This document shows, piece after piece, positions 24,970 through 34,347 of a stretch of DNA of 64,000 bases. The notes beneath the pieces were generated by a model. The model saw only the letters and a program-made list of their open reading frames with translations. It searched no databases and was not told where the DNA came from. The DNA is from a bacterium (GTDB lineage: Bacteria; Patescibacteriota; Minisyncoccia; Phycocordibacterales; UBA2100). Made by a program: the position numbers and the translations under genes. The DNA lies in assembly GCA_030674455.1 (NCBI GenBank), contig JAUSGQ010000007.1:83947-147946 (forward strand), read 5' to 3'. Positions within the stretch are counted from its first letter, which is position 1. Each line of letters starts with the position of its first letter.

Positions 24970-27900
24970 ATGTATGCCACTATTCGATTATTACCATGCC
25001 TAAAAGCGAGCCTCCTTTTCATGCTTAGAAAATTCACCTTCGGAGGCATTGGCTTAGCTCTTCTCATAACTCCTTTATTTGCTAGTGCTGATACGACAAG
25101 CGATGCGACTGAATTATCGCGCTGGGAGGCGGTAGTAACTTGTCTAAAAATCAAAGTTGACAACCATGATTACGTTAATGCACTTTCTTGTTTAGGAGCT
25201 GGAACAGCCGCGAACACATTATTTTCTCCGTCTGTGAGTTCTCTCAAAGCTGGCGCGCTTGCCGCCGTAGCAACGACATTCACACAGTCGTCCGGCTCAA
25301 ACAGCGCCGAGCCGGCAACAGATGCGGAAAAGGAGGCGGAGATGCTTACCGATCTCCTTAGCTCCAAAATTGCGCCGGAACCGGTAACGAGGTCAAAAGT
25401 CGGCGCGTTCGCTTCAGAATCTGAGAAAGTAAAACAGCAGGTACAAGTCGCGAAGCATCGCGGACAGCTTATGAAACAGTTGGCTGAAGATAACCCCGAG
25501 GCCTTTCTTCGCAATGTTATGCCGGAGTCTCAGCGCTCCAAATTCTCAACCGAGGTTAAGAACGAAATTGAGCAAAAAGTGGCACTAACGGGGAAAGTGG
25601 AGGTCGTACACCTTGATGATTTCACAAACCATGAAAACTCAAAGTTTAATTATTTTCTTCAATCGGGAGGTTCCAGAATCTCGCTTAAGGTCGCAGGGAA
25701 CACGCCAGCAATGTTATCCGGCTCTTCAGTGCGCGCGAATGGATATAAACTCGGTCAAACTCTTGTTGTGGCTGCAAATTCAAATTCAGATGGGGATTCA
25801 GGCGGAGGAGGAGGTTTGACGGTACTTTCGCGGCCAGCTCTTGAATCTGCCAGAACGCAAAGAACTCTGGTAATTCTTGTAACTAGTCCTGGGCAGGCAA
25901 GTACGCCGACAAAAGAAGAAATGAGAAACCTTATATTCTCCGGAAATATTAATAGATATTACGAGGAGCAATCATACGGAAACGTACGATTTGAAGGAGA
26001 CGTGACTGATTGGATATCAGTGCCTGCTTCTTCATATCCTGTGTATGGGCCTATCGAACTCGACCAGTCGGATATAAGTAGCTATATTTCACGAAATCAC
26101 ATAGACTTGTCGCTCTATGATCGAGTCATGACCGTTGTAAACGGCTGGGCCGGTGGTTATGCATGGGCCGGCAAGGTGGACAGGTTAATCAACGGTGTAA
26201 CCTATCGCCTTTCCATAGGTTCGACGGGCTGGTCGGTTTCAGGATGGGCAGTAGAGAACATGTCCGGCTTTGAAAATGTATTCTCGCACGAAATGGGGCA
26301 CGAGCTTGGAGTCATGCATGCTAATTCACGGGAATGTAGCGGTCCATCTCTGGATAGAGATTGTCGTCACAATGAATATGGCAATGCCTTCGACATTATG
26401 GGATATGGAAATAATGCGGAGCATTTCAATGCATATTACAAAGATTCTCTAGGATGGCTTGATAATTCCTCGAAGGTTTCCATTACTCAAAGCGGAAGAT
26501 ATTCACTCTCGCCAATCGAGGCGCGGACAGGCGTGCGAGCTGGCATTATCACCAACCCTGCTACTCCTTCCGCGCTACCCTTGTATCTCGAATTTAGGCA
26601 ACCGATGGGATATGACAGTATATTGCCGCCCAACTCGGCAGGCCTGCAGTTAAATCAAGTTGTTACAAGAGGTCCATATGATTGGCTTCCATTTCCATGG
26701 CTCATTAACGCGAATTACGCGACCGATCCTCCATGTAATCCAGGTTTCCCATGTTTTTCACAGCCGTCGCTTATGCAGGGTAGCAATTTCTCATGGGCTG
26801 GTCGTGGCATCAGCATAGGTTCACTCGTTACAACACCAACATTGGCAACTTTTGATGTCGGGCTTACACAGCCATTGTGCGAACGAAACGGTTTATATGA
26901 TAGTAATAACAATCCATACTGGCAACAGCGTGTGGCTGCCGGCTCAAGCGCAACACTGCAAATTAATTTGACGAACGGCAACACTATCGCATGCGGTCCG
27001 AGTACAGTAGAATTTTCGACCTCTGTGACGAATTCGAGCGGATGGTCTATCTCGCAATATCCGAACGAGAGTAACGAAAGAGTTGTTATTGCGCCCGGCG
27101 AGACTGAGCGTGTGTATGTATCCCTTTCTCTGCCAGAAGATGCAGCACCGGGCAATAGAACTGTACGTATCACGGTGTCTGATTTGACCAACGGTCGTTC
27201 ATACAATATTGAGAGGACAATTACGGTCACGGCGAGACCAACGATAACCGAAATCTTTCCTTCAAGCGGAAGAGCGGCGACTGCCGTGACATTAAAAGGT
27301 ACGGGGTTCAATGAGTACCCAGGAAACACTATAAATATCAATGGAGGAAATCTCTCTGCCACTATTAGAAATGTTATTGCTAGAGCCGGAACTCTAACCT
27401 TCACCTTTCCTACAACCTTTGAGAGTTACGGCGGAGGAAGCGAGCCGCGACCTTCACAAGTTCCACCGCCATTGGGTCAGTACTCAATTGCTGTTTCTCG
27501 AAATGATGACGGCGGAACCGCAAGCGCAACGTTCACAGTAACGTCGGGTAATTCAGCTTTTCCCACCATCACATCAATTAATCCTTCGAGTACAACAGGA
27601 AGACCAACAAACTTTACGATTATTGGGACAAACTTCCAGTCTGGGTCAATGATTTACTACACCTATGCTGGCACTGGCAGTATTCCTTCTGGCACTTTTA
27701 CGCCGACGTTCAACCCCTCTAGACCTGATAGATTGACGTTCACTACGGCATCATTGCCTAAAGGAATCTACACTTTTTATGTTAAGAATCCTGACGGTCA
27801 AATTTCAGACACCGAGAATGTGACGGTTTTCTGTTACGACTTCAGAAGTATTCCATTGCAGGAGGGAAGTCAGGGAGCTGATGTTATTGCTCTCAAGCAG

Positions 27901-30711
27901 GCATTGCGTCTGGCTTTGAATAATTCATACGGCGAATCCGGTCGAGAGCCTCAGGATTATTATGGCACTGAAACTGTCGCTAACGTTAAGACATTCCAAT
28001 CAATACATCGTATTGAGCAGACTGGCATTGTTGAAGTTCAAACCTCAGCAAAATTGAACGATATCTTTGGATGCCAGCAGACAACCCCCACCTCTGACCC
28101 CATTATCTCTTCATTCACCCCCGAGTCGGTTGTGGCCGGAGCAACAACAAACATAGTAGTTAAAGGCCGCAACTTCCAGTTGGGAGCGGTTCTTGTCTAC
28201 ACTCTCGGTTCTGATACAGGCGAGTTGCCAACGACTTTTACGCCTGCGCCGATTCCGGGGCAAGAACAAAAATTGACCACCGGACGATATACCATTGACG
28301 CAGTAGGAAGTTATACCTTCCACGTCAAAAATCCCGACGGAAGAAGAAGCGAGGAAAAGATATTTGTTGTTACTCCGCGTGGGCAAGGAACTCAAACAAA
28401 CACTACTGCCGATAGTCCGCTGGCGTCCGCTCCCCAAATCCAATTTACCGTGAATGGTTCTGCGTATAGCGGTTCTAGATACGATGTATCTTTTGGAAGC
28501 ACAGTAAATATCGGGTGGAAGGTCACCAATCCATCCGGCGCAATATGTTCCGCCGCAGGAAACGGCATTGGAGATAATTTAGGTTCCGGCTCTATGCAAG
28601 CCAGCAATTCGTGGACAAACTGGACAACGCCGCCTCTTTACACCAGCACCACATACGGCATCAAATGCACCAACTCTCGAGGAACTACATACAAATACGT
28701 GTATGTGACGGTTGCGCCGCAGACAAACACATCGGGGGGCCCCGGTATCAGCATCACTGTTGACCCTGTTGACGCCAATACTAGCAACACATCTTACAGT
28801 GAAAGTTCTCCGCGAGTCAGCGTTGGGTTTGGAAAGAAGGTCAATATCGGTTGGGGCGTCACCAACGCCGGGGGCAGTACTTCGGGCATTACATGCTACG
28901 CAGCCGGAACAGGGCTAGGCGGAAGAAATGGTTATGAGAGCACTCCTTTAAGCGGCCTATGGACTACGCCGGCACTCTATACCGACACTACCTATGGAAT
29001 ACAATGCAAGAACTCGGCAGGCGCAATCACAAACAGATACATCTCTATTGATGTCGGCGAGCAGGCGAACACCGCCACTGCAATCACCCCGCCCGCCATC
29101 ACCATTAACGGTGATAGTAGTAACAATCAGCAACTTACATATTCCCCAGAAGTTGCATTTGGCGGCACTGCCAATATCAACTGGAGCGTTTCTCCGACGA
29201 GCGGCACCACTTGCTCCGCCGCAGGCAACGGCGTCTGGGGCAACACCGGTTCCGGTTCCGCAGAGTTAAGCGGCTCGTTCGCTACGCCGCCCCTCTACAC
29301 CAAAACCACGTACGGCATCAGATGCACTAACTCCGCCGGTACTACGTACAAGTACATAACCATCGGCATTCAAGAACAACAAAACACCACCACCACCGCC
29401 AGCACTCCCGCGCCAACTATCACCATTACGCCGCCTAGCGCGTCAATCGACTTTGGCGATAGCGCCACCTTCGGCTGGGATGTGACGCCACAAACTGCCG
29501 ATACCAAGTGCTATGCCGCGGGAACTGGTCTGGGCGGGGCAGAGGGATACCAAGAGATAGGCCTAACCGGAAGAAATTGGGTTACGCCGGCGCTCTACAC
29601 TTACACTACGTATGGAATAAAGTGTACAAACCCGGGCGGCACGACATACAAGTACGTGAACGTTTCTGTCGCCCCACAGCAGAGTACGACTTGCACCGAA
29701 GTCCCACAAACTCCGCTACCATGCGCCGACTATGCCGGTTCGTACGGAGTTCCTGCAGGATACACAGTCGGCAACGGCTCGTGGACAAAGAACAGCTGCA
29801 CCGGCAATCCAACCTACACTGGCGGGTGTTCGGCTCCCGCTCCAACCACACAGTCCTGCACCGAAGTTCCACAAACCCCACTGCCATGCGCCGACTACGC
29901 CGGCTCATACGGAGTCCCATCCGGATACACAGTCGGCAACGGTTCATGGACGAAAAATAGCTGCACAGGCAATCCAACTTATACCGGCGGCTGTTCTGCG
30001 CCAGCTCCAACGCAATCTTGCACCGAGGTCGCTCAAACTCCTCTACCGTGCGCCGACTACGCCGGCTCATACGGAGTCCCATCCGGATACACAGTCGGCA
30101 ACGGTTCATGGACGAAAAATAGCTGCACAGGCAATCCCACATACACGGGTGGTTGCTCCGCTCCCTCTGTCCCGACAGTCCGGCTCTCACAAAATTCGAG
30201 CAGTGGTACATCGGTCACTGTCACCTGGAGTTCCGACAATGCCGATTCATGCCGCCTTCAATACAATCTAAACGGAGGAGCCTGGACTGATTGGACATCG
30301 GGCGGTTCAAGCGGTTCAGTGAGCGGAGATTTGACTTCAGGAACGTGGAAAGCCAGAGCCATATGCACCGGCCCGGGCGGTACGACGACGAGTAGCACGA
30401 TAACCCACACTGTGGCAATCAGTTCTTCGCCCTTGAGCCAGACGGCGAGCGCCGCTGGCGCATTTCCAGAAGGAGAGGATGCGTTTATCTACACATGGAA
30501 CAATGACCTTCAGCTTAACTCGCGGTACGCGGCAGACATCAAGGCATTGCAGACTGCACTCGCGAAAGAAGGGGTGTACATCGGAGAAGTAACTGGAGGA
30601 TTCCACATGCAAACGTATTACGGGGTTAAAAGATTCCAAGAGAAGTACGGAATTGACTCCACCGGCTTTGTCGGCCCGCAAACGAGGGCAAGACTCAACG
30701 AGCTGTACTGA
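24970..30711 (+). CDS. giant secreted multidomain protein: metzincin-type zinc metallopeptidase domain, Ig-like/repeat domains, two peptidoglycan-binding domains
   Basis: A signal peptide is present (start possibly at MLRKFTFGGIGLALLITPLFASA, 25021). HEMGHELGVMH equals the HExxHxxGxxH metzincin motif. There are 4-5 ~95-aa repeats ending ...YGIKCTNSxGTTYKYVxV, and 3 tandem ~55-aa Cys repeats (CTEVPQTPLPCADYAGSYGVP...). PG_binding_1-like segments are present internally and at the C-terminus (YAADIKALQTALAKEGVY...GVKRFQEKYGIDSTGFVGPQTRARL). Confidence 0.7.
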   Translation: MYATIRLLPCLKASLLFMLRKFTFGGIGLALLITPLFASADTTSDATELSRWEAVVTCLKIKVDNHDYVNALSCLGAGTAANTLFSPSVSSLKAGALAAVATTFTQSSGSNSAEPATDAEKEAEMLTDLLSSKIAPEPVTRSKVGAFASESEKVKQQVQVAKHRGQLMKQLAEDNPEAFLRNVMPESQRSKFSTEVKNEIEQKVALTGKVEVVHLDDFTNHENSKFNYFLQSGGSRISLKVAGNTPAMLSGSSVRANGYKLGQTLVVAANSNSDGDSGGGGGLTVLSRPALESARTQRTLVILVTSPGQASTPTKEEMRNLIFSGNINRYYEEQSYGNVRFEGDVTDWISVPASSYPVYGPIELDQSDISSYISRNHIDLSLYDRVMTVVNGWAGGYAWAGKVDRLINGVTYRLSIGSTGWSVSGWAVENMSGFENVFSHEMGHELGVMHANSRECSGPSLDRDCRHNEYGNAFDIMGYGNNAEHFNAYYKDSLGWLDNSSKVSITQSGRYSLSPIEARTGVRAGIITNPATPSALPLYLEFRQPMGYDSILPPNSAGLQLNQVVTRGPYDWLPFPWLINANYATDPPCNPGFPCFSQPSLMQGSNFSWAGRGISIGSLVTTPTLATFDVGLTQPLCERNGLYDSNNNPYWQQRVAAGSSATLQINLTNGNTIACGPSTVEFSTSVTNSSGWSISQYPNESNERVVIAPGETERVYVSLSLPEDAAPGNRTVRITVSDLTNGRSYNIERTITVTARPTITEIFPSSGRAATAVTLKGTGFNEYPGNTININGGNLSATIRNVIARAGTLTFTFPTTFESYGGGSEPRPSQVPPPLGQYSIAVSRNDDGGTASATFTVTSGNSAFPTITSINPSSTTGRPTNFTIIGTNFQSGSMIYYTYAGTGSIPSGTFTPTFNPSRPDRLTFTTASLPKGIYTFYVKNPDGQISDTENVTVFCYDFRSIPLQEGSQGADVIALKQALRLALNNSYGESGREPQDYYGTETVANVKTFQSIHRIEQTGIVEVQTSAKLNDIFGCQQTTPTSDPIISSFTPESVVAGATTNIVVKGRNFQLGAVLVYTLGSDTGELPTTFTPAPIPGQEQKLTTGRYTIDAVGSYTFHVKNPDGRRSEEKIFVVTPRGQGTQTNTTADSPLASAPQIQFTVNGSAYSGSRYDVSFGSTVNIGWKVTNPSGAICSAAGNGIGDNLGSGSMQASNSWTNWTTPPLYTSTTYGIKCTNSRGTTYKYVYVTVAPQTNTSGGPGISITVDPVDANTSNTSYSESSPRVSVGFGKKVNIGWGVTNAGGSTSGITCYAAGTGLGGRNGYESTPLSGLWTTPALYTDTTYGIQCKNSAGAITNRYISIDVGEQANTATAITPPAITINGDSSNNQQLTYSPEVAFGGTANINWSVSPTSGTTCSAAGNGVWGNTGSGSAELSGSFATPPLYTKTTYGIRCTNSAGTTYKYITIGIQEQQNTTTTASTPAPTITITPPSASIDFGDSATFGWDVTPQTADTKCYAAGTGLGGAEGYQEIGLTGRNWVTPALYTYTTYGIKCTNPGGTTYKYVNVSVAPQQSTTCTEVPQTPLPCADYAGSYGVPAGYTVGNGSWTKNSCTGNPTYTGGCSAPAPTTQSCTEVPQTPLPCADYAGSYGVPSGYTVGNGSWTKNSCTGNPTYTGGCSAPAPTQSCTEVAQTPLPCADYAGSYGVPSGYTVGNGSWTKNSCTGNPTYTGGCSAPSVPTVRLSQNSSSGTSVTVTWSSDNADSCRLQYNLNGGAWTDWTSGGSSGSVSGDLTSGTWKARAICTGPGGTTTSSTITHTVAISSSPLSQTASAAGAFPEGEDAFIYTWNNDLQLNSRYAADIKALQTALAKEGVYIGEVTGGFHMQTYYGVKRFQEKYGIDSTGFVGPQTRARLNELY
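29692..30180 (+). repeat. three tandem in-frame coding repeats (165/162/162 nt), copies 2 and 3 near-identical at DNA level
   Basis: An ~86-nt stretch (29889-29974 versus 30051-30136) is identical between copies 2 and 3. Copy 1 starts at 29692. Confidence 0.8.
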
Positions 30712-30753
30712 CCTCTATTCAAGGTTCCACCTTGAATAGAGGTTTCAAGTTTT
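30712..30753 (+). terminator. Rho-independent terminator after the giant gene
   Basis: A 13-bp perfect stem CCTCTATTCAAGG / CCTTGAATAGAGG with loop TTCCA, then TTTCAAGTTTT, begins the nucleotide after the stop codon. Confidence 0.6.
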
Positions 30754-30876
30754 GACAATCGAAGCCCCCGAGGAAACACCTTCCATGGTCAAGGAGTTAC
30801 CTCGAAGACAAATTAGACATCCGATGTCTAATTTGCTTGGTTTGGCGGGAAAGAATGGAGGACGTACAATAGGGCA

Positions 30877-31938
30877 ATGATATCCGACCTCGCGCGGGTG
30901 CTTATTCCGGCTGGAGCGTCGTTTGCAATTGGGATTCTATTAACGCCGCTGTTGACCCACTATTTATACAAATACAAAGCCTGGAAAAAACAACCGGGGA
31001 AAACCGCCATCGATGGCACGCAGGCATCGGAGTTCTACAGGCTTCACGAGAAGAACGAAGTGCGCGCTCCGCGCATGGGCGGCATCGTCGTGTGGGGAAG
31101 CGTAGTGCTTACAATACTGGGAATTGCAATTGTTTCTAAATTCGTAGCGGGCGCGGAAATTCTCAACCTGGACTTTTTGAGCCGAAGTCAGACATGGATA
31201 CCGCTCGCGGCGCTCATCATCGGTTCGCTTGCCGGCCTCATAGACGACTTAATGGTCATTAGACCAAGCAAGGATGGTATGCCGCTTCGCCTGCGGCTCC
31301 TCATCGTCATCTTTCTTTCTTCGTATGCCGGCTGGTGGTTTTGGCACAAGCTCGACGTAACAACGGTCAACATCCCGTTCGGAACACCGCTTGAGCTCGG
31401 GTGGTTAATCGTCCCTCTCTTCGTCACCATCGCTCTTGCAGTATACGCATCGGGCGTTATAGACGGCATAGATGGCCTATCCGGCGGAGTATTTGCTTCG
31501 ATTTTTGCGTCGTACTCGATCATTGCATTCGCACAGAATCAAATCGACCTCGCTGCCTTTTGCGCCGCCATAGTCGGAGGCCTTCTTGCGTTCTTGTGGT
31601 TCAACATACCGCCTGCGAGATTTTATATGTCGGATACCGGTACGATGGGGCTCACGCTCGCGCTCGCAGTTATCGCGTTCATGACGGACAGCCTGGGCGA
31701 AGGAGTAGGCATTGCGGTATTGCCAATTATCGGAGGATTGCTCGTCGTTACAGTGGCATCGAATATCGTGCAAGTGGCATACAAAAGAATCTTGGGGAGA
31801 AAATTACTGCGCATCGCCCCGCTCCACCATCACTTTGAGGCGATAGGGTGGCCGGGATATAAGGTCGTCATGCGCTACTGGGTGCTTTCAATCGTGTTAG
31901 CTTTCGCGGGTGTTATCGTCGCGCTGGTTTCTATCTAG
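30877..31938 (+). CDS. mraY: phospho-N-acetylmuramoyl-pentapeptide transferase
   Basis: It is a multi-TM protein with the conserved MraY motifs (DDLMVI..., the HHHFE motif near the C-terminus, and the GIDGLSGG aspartate-rich loop). Confidence 0.9.
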   Translation: MISDLARVLIPAGASFAIGILLTPLLTHYLYKYKAWKKQPGKTAIDGTQASEFYRLHEKNEVRAPRMGGIVVWGSVVLTILGIAIVSKFVAGAEILNLDFLSRSQTWIPLAALIIGSLAGLIDDLMVIRPSKDGMPLRLRLLIVIFLSSYAGWWFWHKLDVTTVNIPFGTPLELGWLIVPLFVTIALAVYASGVIDGIDGLSGGVFASIFASYSIIAFAQNQIDLAAFCAAIVGGLLAFLWFNIPPARFYMSDTGTMGLTLALAVIAFMTDSLGEGVGIAVLPIIGGLLVVTVASNIVQVAYKRILGRKLLRIAPLHHHFEAIGWPGYKVVMRYWVLSIVLAFAGVIVALVSI

Positions 31939-32059
31939 AAAATGTTATGCGCAAAGCGAATTACAATTTCTTTATTCAGCACCTTCGTTTTTCAATGAAA
32001 CAAAGGTGCTGGGTCTAATATTTACTAACCTCGCTTCGCTCGCTAATTAAATCTAGGAC

Positions 32060-33169
32060 ATGACAAAAAAGGGTGCACATGTCGATAAGCCGTTAGCCAT
32101 TTTGATTTTTGTTCTCTTGGTCGGCGGAAGCATGATATTCGCCTCTGCGGCTCTCGGATATCTTGCTCGCGGGGGCGGGAATGTCTCTTCCGTCGTCTTT
32201 AACCATCTCGTATTGGGTGCGGGCATCGGCGTCATCGCGCTCCTCATAACGAGCAGCATTGATTATCGCGTGTGGAGACGCTATGCGCCGTTCTTTTTTA
32301 TTCTCGCCGTCATCGCGACCGCGCTGGTTTTTGTACCGCAGCTAGGAATAGTTCACGGTGGAGGAAGACGCTGGCTCGAGATCGCGGGAATGTCAATCCA
32401 GCCTTCGGAAGCAATGAAGTTGGGGACCGTATTCATGGCTGCAGCATATTTCTCCGCCATTCGAGCTCACATTCAATCCTATTGGCATACAATCGGCGGC
32501 CTGCTTGGAATCCTTGCTCTTCCCGCGGCACTTTTGATTCTTCAGCCGGACATAGGAACGCTCGGCATTATCGTTGCAAGCGCGCTCGCCGTGTACCTGG
32601 CTGCGGGAGTTCCATGGAAACATATCGCCATTATGGCGTGTATCGTACTTATTGCTTTCGGGGCGTTAATCGCGGTCAAGCCCCACGCGCGGGAGAGGAT
32701 TGTAACGTTCTTTTATCCCTCTCAAAACCAGCAGGCAGAAGGGTATCAGATCAGGCAGTCGCTCATTGCGATCGGCTCCGGTGGGCTCGCGGGGCGCGGA
32801 TTCGGGCAAGGGGTCCAAAAGTTCACCTATTTGCCGGAGCCGATGGGAGATTCCATATTCGCAGTTGCCGCTGAAGAACTTGGCTTTATCGGCAGTGTTT
32901 TCATCATAGCGCTATTTCTCGTGGTGGCTCTAAGGGGATTTGCGCTTGCTTCGCGAGCTCCTGATGTGTTCGGTGGCCTGCTCGGCATCGGCATCTCCAC
33001 ATATCTCGTGAGCGAGGCGTTCATCAACATCTCCTCTATGCTCGGAGTCCTTCCACTCACGGGTATTCCGCTCACATTCATAAGCCAGGGCGGAACTGCT
33101 ATGCTCGTTTCGCTCGCGAGTGCAGGAATACTTCTGAATATATCTAAATATTCCACATCAAACCGCTAG
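32060..33169 (+). CDS. ftsW: SEDS-family peptidoglycan glycosyltransferase FtsW/RodA
   Basis: It has 10-TM SEDS topology with conserved LQPDIGT and GFIGS motifs. The mraY-ftsW-murG gene order is conserved. Confidence 0.85.
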   Translation: MTKKGAHVDKPLAILIFVLLVGGSMIFASAALGYLARGGGNVSSVVFNHLVLGAGIGVIALLITSSIDYRVWRRYAPFFFILAVIATALVFVPQLGIVHGGGRRWLEIAGMSIQPSEAMKLGTVFMAAAYFSAIRAHIQSYWHTIGGLLGILALPAALLILQPDIGTLGIIVASALAVYLAAGVPWKHIAIMACIVLIAFGALIAVKPHARERIVTFFYPSQNQQAEGYQIRQSLIAIGSGGLAGRGFGQGVQKFTYLPEPMGDSIFAVAAEELGFIGSVFIIALFLVVALRGFALASRAPDVFGGLLGIGISTYLVSEAFINISSMLGVLPLTGIPLTFISQGGTAMLVSLASAGILLNISKYSTSNR

Positions 33170-33191
33170 CTGTTTGTGTTAAACTGTTAGG

Positions 33192-34334
33192 ATGCGCATT
33201 GTACTCACAGGCGGCGGTACCGGAGGGCATTTTTATCCGCTTATTGCCGTTGCCGAAGCCATAGAGGACATCTCGAAAGAGCGCGTTTTAATCGAGCCGG
33301 AGCTCTACTATTTCGGGCCTAACGCTTTTGATGCTGAGGCACTGCACGAGCACGACATTACTCATGTTGCCATTCCTGCGGGACGAATGAGAAGGTACGG
33401 AAGCATTCTCAATTTCTTCGATATTTTTAAGACACTGTGGGGAATCATAATCGCTACGATACGGCTTTTTGGCATTTATCCCGACATAGTATTCTCGACA
33501 GGAGGTTTTGCTTCGTGCCCCGCGCTCGTTGCGGCGCGCGTGCTTGCTATACCAGTCGTCATTTACGATGCCGATGCGGTACCCGGCAGGGTCTCTCTCT
33601 GGTCCTCAAAATTCGCGCGATGGATAGCGGTGGCTCATCCCGACGCGGTTTCCGGCTTCCACGAAAGCGTGCGGGATAGAATCGCGCGTACGGGCCACCC
33701 GATACGAAAAGAGATAGAAAAGCCTACTGGCGAGGGCGGTCATGAATTCCTCAAACTGGACACGGCAGTTCCCACGATATTTATTATGGGAGGCTCGCAG
33801 GGTTCAGTCGCAATTAATAATGTCGTATCGAGCGCGCTTCCTGAATTAGTTAAGAAATATAACATTGTTCATCAAGCCGGTCTTGCGAATTTAGATGAAG
33901 TATCAAAGGTATCAAAATTAATCCTGCGAGATTCTTTCTTCGACAAACGCTACAAGGTTTTTGGATTACTGAACACGCTTGCTTTGCGGATGACAGCCGG
34001 AATATCATCGCTCGTAGTGTCTCGTGCCGGAAGCGGTTCAATTTTCGAAATAGCATCGTGGGGAATACCGGCAATTCTTATTCCAATACCAGAGGACGTA
34101 TCGCACGACCAGAAAGAGAATGCTTATTCATACGCGCGCAGCGGAGCTGCCATCGTACTTGAACAGCGCAACGTGACTCCGCACCTCTTTATCGCAGAAA
34201 TTGACCGCGTAATCAGTGATCCGGAAATGCAAAAAAAGATGTCCGCGGCTGCGCTTGAATTTGCACGGCCGGAAAGCGCTCGGAAAATTGCGGCAATAAT
34301 CATCGACACTGCGCTCGAGCACGAGTCCGCATAA
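33192..34334 (+). CDS. murG: undecaprenyldiphospho-muramoylpentapeptide beta-N-acetylglucosaminyltransferase
   Basis: The N-terminal GGGTGGHFYPLIAVAEAI and the GT28 C-terminal domain are present. Confidence 0.85.
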   Translation: MRIVLTGGGTGGHFYPLIAVAEAIEDISKERVLIEPELYYFGPNAFDAEALHEHDITHVAIPAGRMRRYGSILNFFDIFKTLWGIIIATIRLFGIYPDIVFSTGGFASCPALVAARVLAIPVVIYDADAVPGRVSLWSSKFARWIAVAHPDAVSGFHESVRDRIARTGHPIRKEIEKPTGEGGHEFLKLDTAVPTIFIMGGSQGSVAINNVVSSALPELVKKYNIVHQAGLANLDEVSKVSKLILRDSFFDKRYKVFGLLNTLALRMTAGISSLVVSRAGSGSIFEIASWGIPAILIPIPEDVSHDQKENAYSYARSGAAIVLEQRNVTPHLFIAEIDRVISDPEMQKKMSAAALEFARPESARKIAAIIIDTALEHESA

Positions 34335-34347
34335 CTCGAATTTAGGT

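Noticed and set aside
26715-27404. 229-aa minus-strand ORF inside the giant gene, and multiple 60-200-aa ORFs at 29508-30418
   Set aside because: They are antisense or out-of-frame within the 5.7-kb ORF, which is clearly coding (signal peptide, HExxH, PG-binding domains, in-frame repeats). The 29.5-30.4 kb ones arise from the repeated Cys/Thr/Gly codon structure.
29692-30180. Near-identical tandem DNA repeats, considered as a possible CRISPR array
   Set aside because: The repeats are 162-165 nt, contiguous without spacers, and in-frame within a coding sequence (protein repeats CTEVPQTPLPCADYAGSYGVP...). They are coding domain duplications.
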